A DNA stretch of 64,000 nucleotides from Candidatus Beckwithbacteria bacterium (GCA_012797845.1 JAAZOH010000016.1:7733-71732); one strand, 5' to 3'; counted from the stretch's first letter, positions 8,722 through 19,028 are shown. A program made the numbers and translations. Notes: generated by a model not told the origin, from the sequence alone.

Positions 8722-10194
8722 TTAATGTTCCCAATAGTAATCTCTCCACAGCTCAACCGATAGAGGAATAAATTTTTGAGTTTTATTATCAAAGCCATAG
8801 ATTTCTCGACAGTTAAGTTTATTCCATTCACATGAACCGGCCAGTGTTGCATATATTTCCGGATAACGACAATATACGTTCTCACCTGCTTCATTTTTAC
8901 AAGCTAGCTCAAGCGGTTCTTTTTGGGCCTTTGTCGCCCAAAAGTCAATGGATTTTTGCGGGTTTTCATAAATTCCAAACCATAATCCGGCCTGAAATAG
9001 ACTGGGCTTGGATAGACTACTTATATTTACAATGTATGCCAAACCATGATGGACTAAAAGCAAAATACAAACTCCTATTACTATTTGTTTAACTTGCCGA
9101 TCAACCCATTTTTTATTAAAAATCCAATCCCAGATTAGAGTGAATAAAGTATAAATGCCAACTAAAACTCCAGTGTTACGCCGCATCCCGGGCAAACCGC
9201 TGGGATCACTTGTCATGCTTGATAAAAACAAACTTAAGACCATCACTATAATTGCTGAAAAAATAATGAGACGTTTCTTATCTTTTTGCTGCCAAACCTG
9301 GTAACAAGTGTAAGTAACAAAACCTAAACTGACCAAGGGAAATAGGTAGGAAAAATCACCAGCCGCCACTTCATAGTAATAGCTGGTACCTTTACTCAGT
9401 AAATCCGAAATCAAACCAATAACGTTGTTCCATATATGGGTTAAAGAAAAACTCAGCTGACCTGCTCCCCGAAATAAGCCTCCTCCAGTTTTGGGATCAT
9501 GCCAAAGTACGTTTTTGTTGGTAACTAAACTAATTGCTAATAAAAATGGAATTAAACCACCAATCACTAAAGCTGATAACTGAACCAGTTTTTTTTGCCC
9601 TAATCTGTAAACAATCCAAAAGCCTAAAACAGGAATATAAATAATAAAGGCCGGGTACGAAAGCCAGGTTATCATTGCTATCACTCCAATTCCCAGCAGC
9701 GCTAGCACTGATTGCCACGTTTTTTGAGGCGAGACGTATAAAAGTAGCCAAATTAAAATCGGTAAAACTTGCAGCTCTATTCCAAACTGGGCTTCAAGGC
9801 AGCTGAAAAAAATTAAAGTGGGTGATAAGCCAATTACCAGTAGCGGCAACCAGGCTTTTAGACCTAGTAATTTTTTAAAAACCGCAGCCAAGCTCAAAAG
9901 TGAAAAAAAGGCTATACCCAAACGCAGATACTTGGCAGCAAAAAGGCTGAAGCCAAAGAGTTTATATATACCCAGCAGTGGCAAATACCAACCCAGGTTA
10001 CTAGAAACCCCATCATAGACTAAGCCTTTTTCCAACCAAAAAACGTTGCGGATCGACTCAGCCAACTCTTCATATCTAATTTGATTAAATGAACTAAAGG
10101 TAAAAATAGCTTGCAGTACAAACAGCAGGATCGGTAAAATCCAGTAGCCAATTTCCAAAAGTTCGGGATCAATGTTTGCTTTTTTGCTTTTCAT
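8722..10194 (-). CDS. GT-C fold membrane glycosyltransferase (PMT_2/ArnT-like) with Cys-rich C-terminal domain
   Basis: Around 11 TM helices with an acidic motif in the first loop (RYEELAES). Cys-rich periplasmic C-terminus. Confidence 0.45.
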   Translation of the reverse strand: MKSKKANIDPELLEIGYWILPILLFVLQAIFTFSSFNQIRYEELAESIRNVFWLEKGLVYDGVSSNLGWYLPLLGIYKLFGFSLFAAKYLRLGIAFFSLLSLAAVFKKLLGLKAWLPLLVIGLSPTLIFFSCLEAQFGIELQVLPILIWLLLYVSPQKTWQSVLALLGIGVIAMITWLSYPAFIIYIPVLGFWIVYRLGQKKLVQLSALVIGGLIPFLLAISLVTNKNVLWHDPKTGGGLFRGAGQLSFSLTHIWNNVIGLISDLLSKGTSYYYEVAAGDFSYLFPLVSLGFVTYTCYQVWQQKDKKRLIIFSAIIVMVLSLFLSSMTSDPSGLPGMRRNTGVLVGIYTLFTLIWDWIFNKKWVDRQVKQIVIGVCILLLVHHGLAYIVNISSLSKPSLFQAGLWFGIYENPQKSIDFWATKAQKEPLELACKNEAGENVYCRYPEIYATLAGSCEWNKLNCREIYGFDNKTQKFIPLSVELWRDYYWEH

Positions 10195-12224
10195 TAGTAA
10201 ATTTTTAAATCATTAGTCAGCTCACTGAGCATAATTTCCTGATCTGGTTCTAGTATAGCTGGTAATCTCAGTTGAACATGACGCTCAATTTCCTGGCCAA
10301 ACAAATCATAGGTCGTAAACGCTAAACTCTGGTATTTTTGCTCAAAAGGACTGACTACGTAGCAATCCTGGGAATTTTTTAAAAACAGAACGTAAATTTG
10401 CTTGGGGTAATTTTTGACCGTGGCTAGTTGCAAATTTTTGTTCAAACTTTGCCAATCACAAAGCTTTGGTTGAACTGCCAGTTTATGTAGATCCAAAATT
10501 TGAAGATTATTATTTTCCCAAATTACCAGGTTTTGATATAGGTTTTTATTGGCAGCAATCATGGCTTGTTGCTCTCTGGTTGCCAGCAAATCTTGGTGGA
10601 TAATAACGTAATCAACGGTCAAAGCTTTGAGCTTAGTCAAAGCCGCTTCATCCAAGTTTGCTTCCAAGTTTTCCAGCAGTTTAATATGGTCTGCCGGCAA
10701 ATAGCCGCTGTTGCCGTTGACGGTTTTTTCACCTGTTTGAGTTAGCCAATTTAAGTAATAGTTACTTTCTGAACCCAAGTCATGGATTTTGGTAGGGTAA
10801 TGCAAAACACTCTTGTTGCGTAAAAACTGCAGTTGTTTGTTCGGTAACTGCTTAAGGATATATGAGTTGTCCTGATAGGTTTTAGTGTTCCAGTTCTCCA
10901 AAAGCAGTAAACTAACTACCGCCACGATAAATCCTACTTTCATGACTTTGGCTGGTAAGTACTGCAAAATTATTTTTAGACCATAACCAACTCCTAAAGC
11001 AAACGGTAAGTAAAACAAAAACTGGAAACGGCTAGTAACTCTGATTCCTGAAAGCAAAGGTATAATTTTGCGCAGGTAAAAAAACGGCAGGGGCAGAGCT
11101 GTGCTGGCAAAGCTGTTCCACCACTGACTATACGGCCCAAAGGTCAGGATAAAAGCTAGGCCCAAAACCAGACCAAAAGCTATGTAGGTAGTCTTGCTTT
11201 TAAAGCTAAGCTGTTTAAATTTCCCCAGACTAACTACGAAGGCAATACCAAAAAGTAACATTGGCATAAGGTTTAAAAACATGGTGTGTTCTTCATAGTT
11301 AAAAATACCGTTTTGGTCTTTAGGTGCCCGATACGGGTCCAGCTTTTGAGCTAAGCTGCCGTAGAGCCAGTTTTGGGGATGAGGACTGATCCAATCAATT
11401 AATCTTGCTGAGAAAAAGATGTTTTGCCCTATGGTCCGCTCGATCATTTCCTGGCGGCTAAACTGACCATACGGTTGGTAAATGTAAAAAATTATTGGTA
11501 AAGACAAAAGTATCAGCAAGCTGGTAGTTCCTAGTTTTATTAGGTATTTTTTATCTTTCCATTTTTTCCACAGCAAAGGCGCAATAAATATTGGCAAGAC
11601 TAGCAGGCTAAAACTAAAAAAATATACTGCCGTAAAGCTGCTCAAAATCAAAGTCAGGGTAAAAACTCCTGACCGCTTCCAGCTCGGTTTTTGAATGTAT
11701 TTGTAAGCAGTTAAAAATAGCAAAGGCAGCAAAGCCCTATTGGTAAAATCCAAGTGCTGCGGAAAGTGGGCGTAAAAAAGAGGATTAAAGGTATAAACCA
11801 AACTGGCAATTCCACTGGCAACTTTACTTTTTAAAAAGTACACAAAGGTAACATAGGCTGCCAGCAACGTGCCCACTATAGACACAAATTGCACAAGATT
11901 CATAGCCGTACCTAAGCTGGTAACCAAAGGGTATATGGGCAGCAGGAGCAAACCGTAAAAGAGCCGGTGGTCAGAGTAAGCTAGGGTTAGCGGTTGGGGA
12001 TAAAATTGGTAGCCATTAAAAAAATCAGTCTGGTGAAAAATTTTACCTGTTTTAATAGCGTTTTGCACATACCAGGAAATTGAAGCACTCAAAACGTAAT
12101 CGCCATCATCAGTGTAGTAGCTGAAAATGTGGGTTGAAAAGTTCCAGGTAAAAATGATCGTAACTACAATGGCCAAAACAATTAGAAGTGTGTAATTGGC
12201 AAGTGGCTGAGCTGTCAATTTCAT
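10194..12224 (-). CDS. Large polytopic membrane protein, possible glycosyltransferase (YfhO/PMT-like)
   Basis: 676 aa with more than 12 predicted TM helices and a YYTDDGDY loop motif. Translationally coupled to its neighbours. Confidence 0.35.
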   Translation of the reverse strand: MKLTAQPLANYTLLIVLAIVVTIIFTWNFSTHIFSYYTDDGDYVLSASISWYVQNAIKTGKIFHQTDFFNGYQFYPQPLTLAYSDHRLFYGLLLLPIYPLVTSLGTAMNLVQFVSIVGTLLAAYVTFVYFLKSKVASGIASLVYTFNPLFYAHFPQHLDFTNRALLPLLFLTAYKYIQKPSWKRSGVFTLTLILSSFTAVYFFSFSLLVLPIFIAPLLWKKWKDKKYLIKLGTTSLLILLSLPIIFYIYQPYGQFSRQEMIERTIGQNIFFSARLIDWISPHPQNWLYGSLAQKLDPYRAPKDQNGIFNYEEHTMFLNLMPMLLFGIAFVVSLGKFKQLSFKSKTTYIAFGLVLGLAFILTFGPYSQWWNSFASTALPLPFFYLRKIIPLLSGIRVTSRFQFLFYLPFALGVGYGLKIILQYLPAKVMKVGFIVAVVSLLLLENWNTKTYQDNSYILKQLPNKQLQFLRNKSVLHYPTKIHDLGSESNYYLNWLTQTGEKTVNGNSGYLPADHIKLLENLEANLDEAALTKLKALTVDYVIIHQDLLATREQQAMIAANKNLYQNLVIWENNNLQILDLHKLAVQPKLCDWQSLNKNLQLATVKNYPKQIYVLFLKNSQDCYVVSPFEQKYQSLAFTTYDLFGQEIERHVQLRLPAILEPDQEIMLSELTNDLKIY

Positions 12225-12865
12225 TTTATGATAGTAAGCATGTTATTTAAGCCAAATTGAAAATAGTGGTGCGCAGCTTTTTTTTGATACTCCTTAGGGA
12301 CCAAGTTGAGTAGTGACTTTCTATCAAAGTACTGTTTATGTTCGGCAATCTCTCTTCGGGAAACCAACCCCACCCTGGCTAAAAACTCTAAATAAGGCTG
12401 TAGGGTTTTGGAAGGGGCAGTAAAAATCAGTTTGCCTCCTGGTTTTAGCACCCGAAAACTTTCTGCCAGTAAGTTTTCAGGATTATCAATATGCTCTAAA
12501 AATGCTAGGCCAACTACGTAGTCAAAAGTACTAGTTTTAAACGGCAACTTGCCGTTCAATTTTTGTTTGATAACTTTAACTTGTTTATTAGTATTTTTTA
12601 CTTGTACTAAAGGATCAATTCCCACATATTTACCAATAATATAATTGTGATTTTGTAGCCAAGTAAACAGCTGGCAAGTTGGCCCACAACCTAAATCAAG
12701 TAAAGCTATAGCCTCATCTTGCTTTATTTCATTTGAGGCTTTGCGAAACCGGAAATAACTCAAGATATACTCTGAAATTGGTTTATCCAGCATACACTTA
12801 TTTTTCTTACTGTTGATATTTTGGTAGCAATATTTGCTCAAGACGAGCAGCCACCGTACTATCAT
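12221..12865 (-). CDS. Class I SAM-dependent methyltransferase
   Basis: LDLGCGPT motif I and VLKPGGKLIF motif; overlaps flanking genes (operon). Confidence 0.6.
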   Translation of the reverse strand: MIVRWLLVLSKYCYQNINSKKNKCMLDKPISEYILSYFRFRKASNEIKQDEAIALLDLGCGPTCQLFTWLQNHNYIIGKYVGIDPLVQVKNTNKQVKVIKQKLNGKLPFKTSTFDYVVGLAFLEHIDNPENLLAESFRVLKPGGKLIFTAPSKTLQPYLEFLARVGLVSRREIAEHKQYFDRKSLLNLVPKEYQKKAAHHYFQFGLNNMLTIIK

Positions 12866-14363
12866 ACGCCTTTAAAACTTCCAGTTGGACCTGGCTTTCT
12901 TCGATTTTACCGCGCATGGCCAAAATTTGAATCAAATTAGCCCGAGCCGCCACATCCGAAGAGTTAGTTTCTAACGCTTTAGCAAACTCGTTTTCAGCTC
13001 CTTCCCACAATCTTTTTTGCGCTAAATACTCCCCTAGCTTTTGGTGCAAGTGTTGAGGGTTTTTAAAAACATAGACATAGGCTCTAAGCTGCGGGTAAAA
13101 AGGCAGACTTTGGTACTGGGCAATCTGGGGTTCGAGCTCTTTTTTTGTATACACATAAGTTGGCCCATAATCGCCAGCAATCACCTGTTTGGCTTTAACG
13201 AAACTGAAAAATGAATAGGCAAAAAGCATGTTAGCAATTTGGATGGTAATAAAAATAAAGATGATAAAACTCTGCCATAACTTTGATTTATTAAACTGGA
13301 GGATGTTTTTAAAAGTCAAAGCTAAAAACAAATAAATAAATGGACTTAAGATGACAAAATAGTACATATAAGCAGGTAGTCTCAAAATAAAGTACAAAAC
13401 CGGCACCAAACCAACAATCAGCAGCAGCCAATGCTGTTTTTTATCTTTATAAAGAAGATAAGCTCCCAAAAGAGCCAAAATAAAACTGAGCAAAAATATC
13501 CCACTTATATAGGCAACAACTGGGTACTGCTGTAAAAAGAGCTGATAATCCTGTCCCAGCACATCAGTAAAATTGAGTCCTGTCGCAAACTGCCATGGCC
13601 GAATCAAGTTGGCCAGCTGAAACTGTTTGGGCAGTTTGAGATACTCCCCAAAAGCTAAACAATCCCGACAAAATGGTTGGGAATTTATATTGTAAAAAAA
13701 TAATGGCAAAGCCGGGATAATTCCTAGAGCAAAACCAAGTCCAGCTTGTTGGTAGCCTGGTTTTACTTTGTAGTAGAAAAAAATCCCTCCAATAATTAAT
13801 AGTAAATATAGCCCGGAAAAGTGCAATTGGGTAAGTAATGCCAGGCATAAAAATAACCACAAGTACGCTTTTTTGTTTGGCTTTTTTAAGATTTGAAGTA
13901 AAAAATAGAGAATGGGTAAGACTAAAATGAGAACCAGATCCGGATTCCAGATTTTACGGGAAAATAAAATACTCCATGGTGAGCTGGCCATCCAAACTGA
14001 AGCTACGATTGCCACCAACTTGCCATAATATTTTCTCAGCAGTAAATAAAATAAAACTACTAAAGCCGAGTTAATAAGAGCTATTAAAAAACTGACAAAC
14101 ACCGGGCTACTTGAAAACAAGCTAAGGATCGTAATTATAAAGTAGGATAATGGTGGGTACAGAATCCCAATACTGGAAACTCCGGAATTACTGGCAATAA
14201 ATGGTTTTTGGTAAAAAGAAGCCGCTGAAAGCATGGCCAGGGCTTCGTCGGCTTTAAATTCAATTAGAGATAGGTTAGTCAAGCGAAAAGCTGCTGCCAA
14301 AATGAAAATAAAGCTCGCCCAAAACCATGTATTTTGCCAGAAAGAATCTTTTACTTTTTTCAC
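12807..14363 (-). CDS. GT39/GT83-family (PMT_2/ArnT-like) membrane glycosyltransferase with C-terminal TPR repeats
   Basis: N-terminal polytopic region with FKADEAL acidic loop motif; C-terminal TPR-like helices. Confidence 0.5.
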   Translation of the reverse strand: MKKVKDSFWQNTWFWASFIFILAAAFRLTNLSLIEFKADEALAMLSAASFYQKPFIASNSGVSSIGILYPPLSYFIITILSLFSSSPVFVSFLIALINSALVVLFYLLLRKYYGKLVAIVASVWMASSPWSILFSRKIWNPDLVLILVLPILYFLLQILKKPNKKAYLWLFLCLALLTQLHFSGLYLLLIIGGIFFYYKVKPGYQQAGLGFALGIIPALPLFFYNINSQPFCRDCLAFGEYLKLPKQFQLANLIRPWQFATGLNFTDVLGQDYQLFLQQYPVVAYISGIFLLSFILALLGAYLLYKDKKQHWLLLIVGLVPVLYFILRLPAYMYYFVILSPFIYLFLALTFKNILQFNKSKLWQSFIIFIFITIQIANMLFAYSFFSFVKAKQVIAGDYGPTYVYTKKELEPQIAQYQSLPFYPQLRAYVYVFKNPQHLHQKLGEYLAQKRLWEGAENEFAKALETNSSDVAARANLIQILAMRGKIEESQVQLEVLKAYDSTVAARLEQILLPKYQQ

Positions 14364-14423
14364 TTCTTTATTCTGGCATGAGGAAACAGACAGAGCAAGT
14401 TGAGACTACCTGCTCCGACTAAT

Positions 14424-15362
14424 TTATAGAGAAGTTTTATTATCAAACATTTCTTTTGACTTTTGAAAGTAATGCAACATTTTTTTCTCTTGAGCTTTCG
14501 GATACGGATACTCACATTTTTCAGCTACCACTCTTGCAAGAGATGTAAAAACTTTGACTAGTTTAAAAAATGCATTCCATACATCCTTTGTATTGGCTCC
14601 AGCAAATGTTTCTTTAATATTATTCCAAGTCACATTATCAAGATATTTTGGAAATAATCTTCCATGAACGTTGGTATTAACTGTCCAATTATGTTGACTG
14701 CCTATGTACCATTCAATCATTTTTTCAAAATGACTAAAACGTAAATCAACCTCAAACATATAGTTTGTATAGAATAAATCTTCCCGATATAAATATTTGG
14801 GAATATAGGTAGCATCCCAGAAAAAAGCATTTACCATCTCTAAAAATTCTTGCTGAGTTGGTTTCTGGATAAGATGCTTCGTTTTAGTTGCTTTTGGAAA
14901 ATTTTTTGTAAAACCATCTTTGTCAATAATTACCAAATAACCCAAATCGTAATCAAAAGGAGGTGTGTGGGTATCAGTAGTAATTTGGAAATCAATCCTA
15001 GTTCGGTTTTCAAAAATAACTAATCTGGTTAGCCAATTTTCTCCAAATTCGCTTTCTGGCTTTAAAGGCCATTTAACTAAGATCTTACCAAAAAAAGGTA
15101 ACCAATCATCATTGCGGAAATCATCTAGAGAGTTTACATAAACGACCACATCGTAATCGGAGAATTGATCAACAGTTGCATTTGTGTTATCACTCCGTGA
15201 ACTAGTCAAAACCACCGCTCTGACAACATCATTAAACTTTGCCCATTTTCTAAGTTGATTGACTACTTTATCTGAATTCATGAGAAAAGTATACCAAAAG
15301 TTCAAAAAATAGGAATATAGCTTTGTCGGCATAAAGAAATAGGCTTTAATAGTTTTAAACAA
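14424..15362 (-). CDS. ANT(6)/AadK-family nucleotidyltransferase (aminoglycoside 6-adenylyltransferase-like); true start probably M28 (coordinate 15281)
   Basis: Clear collinear similarity to B. subtilis AadK: RAVVLTSSRSDN ~ RIRLVTLEGSRTN, FSDYDVVVYV ~ FQDYDISYFV, DDWLPFFGKILV ~ DQWLEIFGKRIM, ENWLTRLVIFENRTRIDFQI. Confidence 0.6.
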   Translation of the reverse strand: MFKTIKAYFFMPTKLYSYFLNFWYTFLMNSDKVVNQLRKWAKFNDVVRAVVLTSSRSDNTNATVDQFSDYDVVVYVNSLDDFRNDDWLPFFGKILVKWPLKPESEFGENWLTRLVIFENRTRIDFQITTDTHTPPFDYDLGYLVIIDKDGFTKNFPKATKTKHLIQKPTQQEFLEMVNAFFWDATYIPKYLYREDLFYTNYMFEVDLRFSHFEKMIEWYIGSQHNWTVNTNVHGRLFPKYLDNVTWNNIKETFAGANTKDVWNAFFKLVKVFTSLARVVAEKCEYPYPKAQEKKMLHYFQKSKEMFDNKTSL

Positions 15363-15384
15363 GTAAAGGAAAGTGGATAGAGAA

Positions 15385-15447
15385 CCCCCTTACTCCCTCT
15401 TTTCAAGGGGGACAAAAACAAAAGCCCCGATTGCTCGGGGCTTTTCT
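15385..15447 (-). terminator. Tandem hairpins downstream of pnp (CCCCCTT...AAGGGGG and GCCCCGA-TTGC-TCGGGGC with flanking T-runs on both strands); probably a bidirectional terminator
   Basis: GC-rich stems followed by a U-run on the minus strand (TTTGTTTTTG) and on the plus strand (TTTT). Confidence 0.65.
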
Positions 15448-15520
15448 AGTTACTAGTTACAAACTTTTAGTTACCTGTCCGCAATCGCTAAAGCGATAGC
15501 TTTTGCAGGCGGGCCAAATC

Positions 15521-18016
15521 TTACCGGTCATTCCAATCAGCCATGGTTTTAGGCGTAGAAGTGGTTTTTTCCCGTCTACTACTACTTTGATTTGAGTAGC
15601 GGTTTTGTGAAAAATCACGGCGTTCACCACTTCGTTGATCTCTTCGACCAAAATCACGGCGATTACCACCGGAACGGAATCCGCCCCGATCGCTACCACC
15701 AGATCTAAAACCACCTCGATCACTGCCGCCTGACCTAAAGCCTCCACCAGAACGACCACCACGATCGCCTCGGTCGCCGCCGCCATTACCATTTCGCTGT
15801 TTAGCTTTTTCAATATCTTCTCCAAACAGCATTGATAATCTCACTCTACCCATTTCGTCCATATCATCAACTCGGACTTTGACCTTATCTCCTTCAGCTA
15901 CTACCTGATGAGGATCAGACACATAGTCGGCTGACATTTTAGATACATGGACTAGACCTTCCCGTCCGGGCAAATACTCTACAAAAGCTCCAAAATCAGT
16001 GATCTTAACTACAGTAGCAGCTTCAAAAACTTCACCAACCTGGATTTCGCGGGTAATACCTTCAATCCAGTCGGCGGCTTTTTGGACTGCTTCTGGGTCA
16101 ACGGCAGTAACTACCACTCGACCTTCATCGTTGATATCAACTTCAGCTCCGGTAGTTTCAATGATGTTACGGATGATCTTGCCACCTGAACCAATAACTT
16201 CGCCAATTTGTTCCTTTTTGATGTGTAAAACTTTGATCTTGGGTGCAAATTGAGAAACTTGCTGCCGAGGTTCGGCAATAATTTTAGCCATTTCATCCAG
16301 AATAAAGAGTCTGGCTTTTTTAGCTGCATCCAAAGCTTTGGTCAAAAGCTCGGTAGTTACCCCAGTGACTTTGATATCCATTTGGATAGCGGTAATACCA
16401 TCTCTAGTACCAGTCACTTTAAAATCCATATCACCAATATGATCTTCTAGACCTTGAATATCGGTTAAAACCACATATTCGCCTTCAGTAATTGGTTTAT
16501 TCTCGTCTTTAACCATCAGACCCATAGCAATGCCGGCTACCGGTTTTTTGATAGGTACTCCGGCATCCATTAGAGATAAGGTTGAACCACAGGTCGAAGC
16601 CATGGAGGTTGAACCATTGGAAGATACACATTCTGAAACCACTCGAATCGCATAAGGAAAGTCATCTTCATCTGGTAAAACCGGAATTAAAGCCCGTTCA
16701 GCCAAAGCCCCATGCCCAATTTCCCTACGGGAAGGGGAACCAATCCGGCCAGTTTCACCAACCGAGTAAGGAGGCATATTGTAGTGATGAATGTAGCGTT
16801 TTTGGATTTCCTGATCCATCAACTCAATAGTTTGACCAAAACTGGGTGAACCCAGAGTAGTTAAGGTTAAAGCTTGGGTTTCACCTCGTTTAAACATCCC
16901 GCTACCATGAGTCCGGGGGATCATCCCAACATCAATAGTTAAAGGCCTAATTTGATCCATCTTACGACCATCTAGTCTCACTTGAGTATCAATGATTTTA
17001 TTTCGAGCCGCTTGTTTAAAGAGTTTGTCTAAATAATCTTTTAGCTCATTTTTGCGGCTATCAGGGTAAGTTTCATGAATCGTTTCCGCAATTTCATACA
17101 GAGGTTCTTTATTGATCTTGCCAGCAGCTTCAGATTTAAGCAGCTCTTCAATAACTGGTTTGGCCTGTTTTTGCAGTTCATCAGTAATTGCTTTATCCAA
17201 AGGTTCAGATTCTGCTAGCTCCATTCTGGGTTTGCCTACTTCTTTTACCAGCTCTTCAATAGCTGTAATAATTTCTAGATTTTGGGTTTTAGCAAAATCT
17301 AAAGCTCCTACCATTTGGTCTTCAGAAACTTCTTTAGCCCCAGCTTCAACCATTACGATGGCATCTTTAGAAGAAGACACAATCAGATCCATAGCTGAGC
17401 TTTCCCGTTCTTCATAGGTTGGATATGCCAAGTATTTACCATCTTTATCCATACCAACTCGAATACCGCCAATAGGTCCATTCCAGGGTAGACCGGAAAT
17501 TGATAGGGCAGCTGAAACTGCACAAATACTTAAAACATCAACTTCATTTTGCTCATCAGTAGATAGAGGAGTAATTACTACTTGAACCTCATTACTAAAA
17601 TTATGAGCAAATAAGGGCCGGATGGAGCGGTCAATGACTCGACCAGTTAAAATTGATTCATCAGAAGGTCGGCCTTCGCGTTTAACCCAACGGGAACCTT
17701 TGATTTTTCCACCAGCATAAAGTTTTTCTTGAAACTCAACTTGCAGGGGAAAATAGCCTAAATCTTCACGAGCTCCACCACCTACTACTGTTGCTAGTAC
17801 CATAGAATCACCGATCCGAGCAACCACAGCAGCAGTAGCTTGACCAGCAAAGCGGCCAATTTCAAAGGTAATTTCCTTACCCATAATTGTGGCTTTTTTA
17901 GTCACAAATTCATTTGTTTTGTTCATAACAATTTGCTTATTGTATCTTGGAGAAAATAGTTGAGAAGAAGTAACAATAAACAGTCGTGAAGGTTTATTCT
18001 TATTCCCTCTCAACAT
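15521..18016 (-). CDS. pnp: Polynucleotide phosphorylase with a ~90-aa Arg/Gly-rich (RGG/FRSGG repeat) C-terminal tail; probable true start MNKTNEF at 17926
   Basis: Two RNase PH domains, KH (IGEVIGSGGKIIRNI) and S1 domains. The tail reads GGGDRGDRGGRSGGGFRSGGSDRGGFRSGGSDRGGFRSGG... Confidence 0.9.
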   Translation of the reverse strand: MLRGNKNKPSRLFIVTSSQLFSPRYNKQIVMNKTNEFVTKKATIMGKEITFEIGRFAGQATAAVVARIGDSMVLATVVGGGAREDLGYFPLQVEFQEKLYAGGKIKGSRWVKREGRPSDESILTGRVIDRSIRPLFAHNFSNEVQVVITPLSTDEQNEVDVLSICAVSAALSISGLPWNGPIGGIRVGMDKDGKYLAYPTYEERESSAMDLIVSSSKDAIVMVEAGAKEVSEDQMVGALDFAKTQNLEIITAIEELVKEVGKPRMELAESEPLDKAITDELQKQAKPVIEELLKSEAAGKINKEPLYEIAETIHETYPDSRKNELKDYLDKLFKQAARNKIIDTQVRLDGRKMDQIRPLTIDVGMIPRTHGSGMFKRGETQALTLTTLGSPSFGQTIELMDQEIQKRYIHHYNMPPYSVGETGRIGSPSRREIGHGALAERALIPVLPDEDDFPYAIRVVSECVSSNGSTSMASTCGSTLSLMDAGVPIKKPVAGIAMGLMVKDENKPITEGEYVVLTDIQGLEDHIGDMDFKVTGTRDGITAIQMDIKVTGVTTELLTKALDAAKKARLFILDEMAKIIAEPRQQVSQFAPKIKVLHIKKEQIGEVIGSGGKIIRNIIETTGAEVDINDEGRVVVTAVDPEAVQKAADWIEGITREIQVGEVFEAATVVKITDFGAFVEYLPGREGLVHVSKMSADYVSDPHQVVAEGDKVKVRVDDMDEMGRVRLSMLFGEDIEKAKQRNGNGGGDRGDRGGRSGGGFRSGGSDRGGFRSGGSDRGGFRSGGNRRDFGRRDQRSGERRDFSQNRYSNQSSSRREKTTSTPKTMADWNDR

Positions 18017-18081
18017 TGTCCTTTAAATATATTTTTCCAAGTAAAATAAGGCTTTTTTTAAATAATTAATAACGTACAAAT

Positions 18082-18099
18082 ATCTACTATATGGTAGAT
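18082..18099 (-). promoter_or_regulatory. Hairpin ATCTAC-TATATG-GTAGAT in the rpsO-pnp intergenic leader
   Basis: 6-bp perfect stem in the pnp 5' UTR. The position is analogous to the RNase III-processed pnp leader hairpin of other bacteria. Confidence 0.3.
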
Positions 18100-18154
18100 A
18101 TACATTTTTATAAATTTTGAAATGCAGGTATCAAATAACTATATTTGAAGTCTA

Positions 18155-18424
18155 TTAGTTCTTCAATTTCAATTTTTTCAAAATATCTTTGTAGCGGGCA
18201 TTTTCTTTGACACTAAGGTAGTTTAGGAGTCTGCGCCGCTTACTTACCATAGAAAGTAAACCTTTGCGGGAATGAACATCTTTACGATGCTGTTTCAAAT
18301 GGTCAGTTAGACTTTTGATTTGGTGAGTTAACAGGGCAATCTGAACTTCAGGACTACCGGTATCACCATCTTTGATAGCAAATTTTTTAATGATTTTTTG
18401 TTTTTCGTCAACTGGTAAAGACAT
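18155..18424 (-). CDS. rpsO: 30S ribosomal protein S15
   Basis: 89 aa; [39 protein letters not shown] is the canonical S15 signature. Confidence 0.9.
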   Translation of the reverse strand: MSLPVDEKQKIIKKFAIKDGDTGSPEVQIALLTHQIKSLTDHLKQHRKDVHSRKGLLSMVSKRRRLLNYLSVKENARYKDILKKLKLKN

Positions 18425-18515
18425 AAAAATAATTTAAAACTTACACAAATAACCTTACAACTCTTGCTATTTTATCAGGAAAATCTAAAAATGCAATCTC
18501 GATGAAAATAACTAT

Positions 18516-19028
18516 CTAAATCTGTTCTTCCTCCAAACTTGTTATCACATCACTCAAGGCAATTTGATCAGCAAATTTTCCTGATATCCAACACAAGATA
18601 GTATCAGAGCGACTATTGGAGTTTTTCATGAGAATCAGGCAATGAGATAGAAAACTTGACATTTCATGGTCATCAGACAAATTAGCCCATATATTTTCTT
18701 TTAAAGTTGGGTGAGGACTTAAGCAATAAACAAGCTCCTTTTCACCGATAATACCATAAGGATAAAGTCCTTTAGTTTCTTTCACTGGTAAAGGCAAACA
18801 TAGGATTTCTTTTTGACCCTCAATTTCTCTCAAAATAAAAATTATAGAATAAGGAAAACTATCAGTTCCTAATTTTTCAAAAATTTTCTTAATTTCACTA
18901 CTATCTATATCAGATTGCCCCAATAACCATTCTTCAATTTTTTTTAACCTATCAGATAGTTGCTCTAATCCTTCTCCTTGTTCGTTGGAAAAAGCTGCAA
19001 CCATGTCTTTTTTTGCTTCTTGTGACAT
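18516..19028 (-). CDS. Hypothetical protein (170 aa) in the nusA-infB-rpsO-pnp neighbourhood
   Basis: ORF with no recognisable motif. It sits where rbfA/truB usually lie but resembles neither. Confidence 0.35.
   Translation of the reverse strand: MSQEAKKDMVAAFSNEQGEGLEQLSDRLKKIEEWLLGQSDIDSSEIKKIFEKLGTDSFPYSIIFILREIEGQKEILCLPLPVKETKGLYPYGIIGEKELVYCLSPHPTLKENIWANLSDDHEMSSFLSHCLILMKNSNSRSDTILCWISGKFADQIALSDVITSLEEEQI

Noticed and set aside
15457-15825. 122-aa ORF overlapping the 3' end of pnp in another frame
   Set aside because: It is an alternative frame of the Arg/Gly-rich repeat region, and the repeat composition creates spurious open frames.
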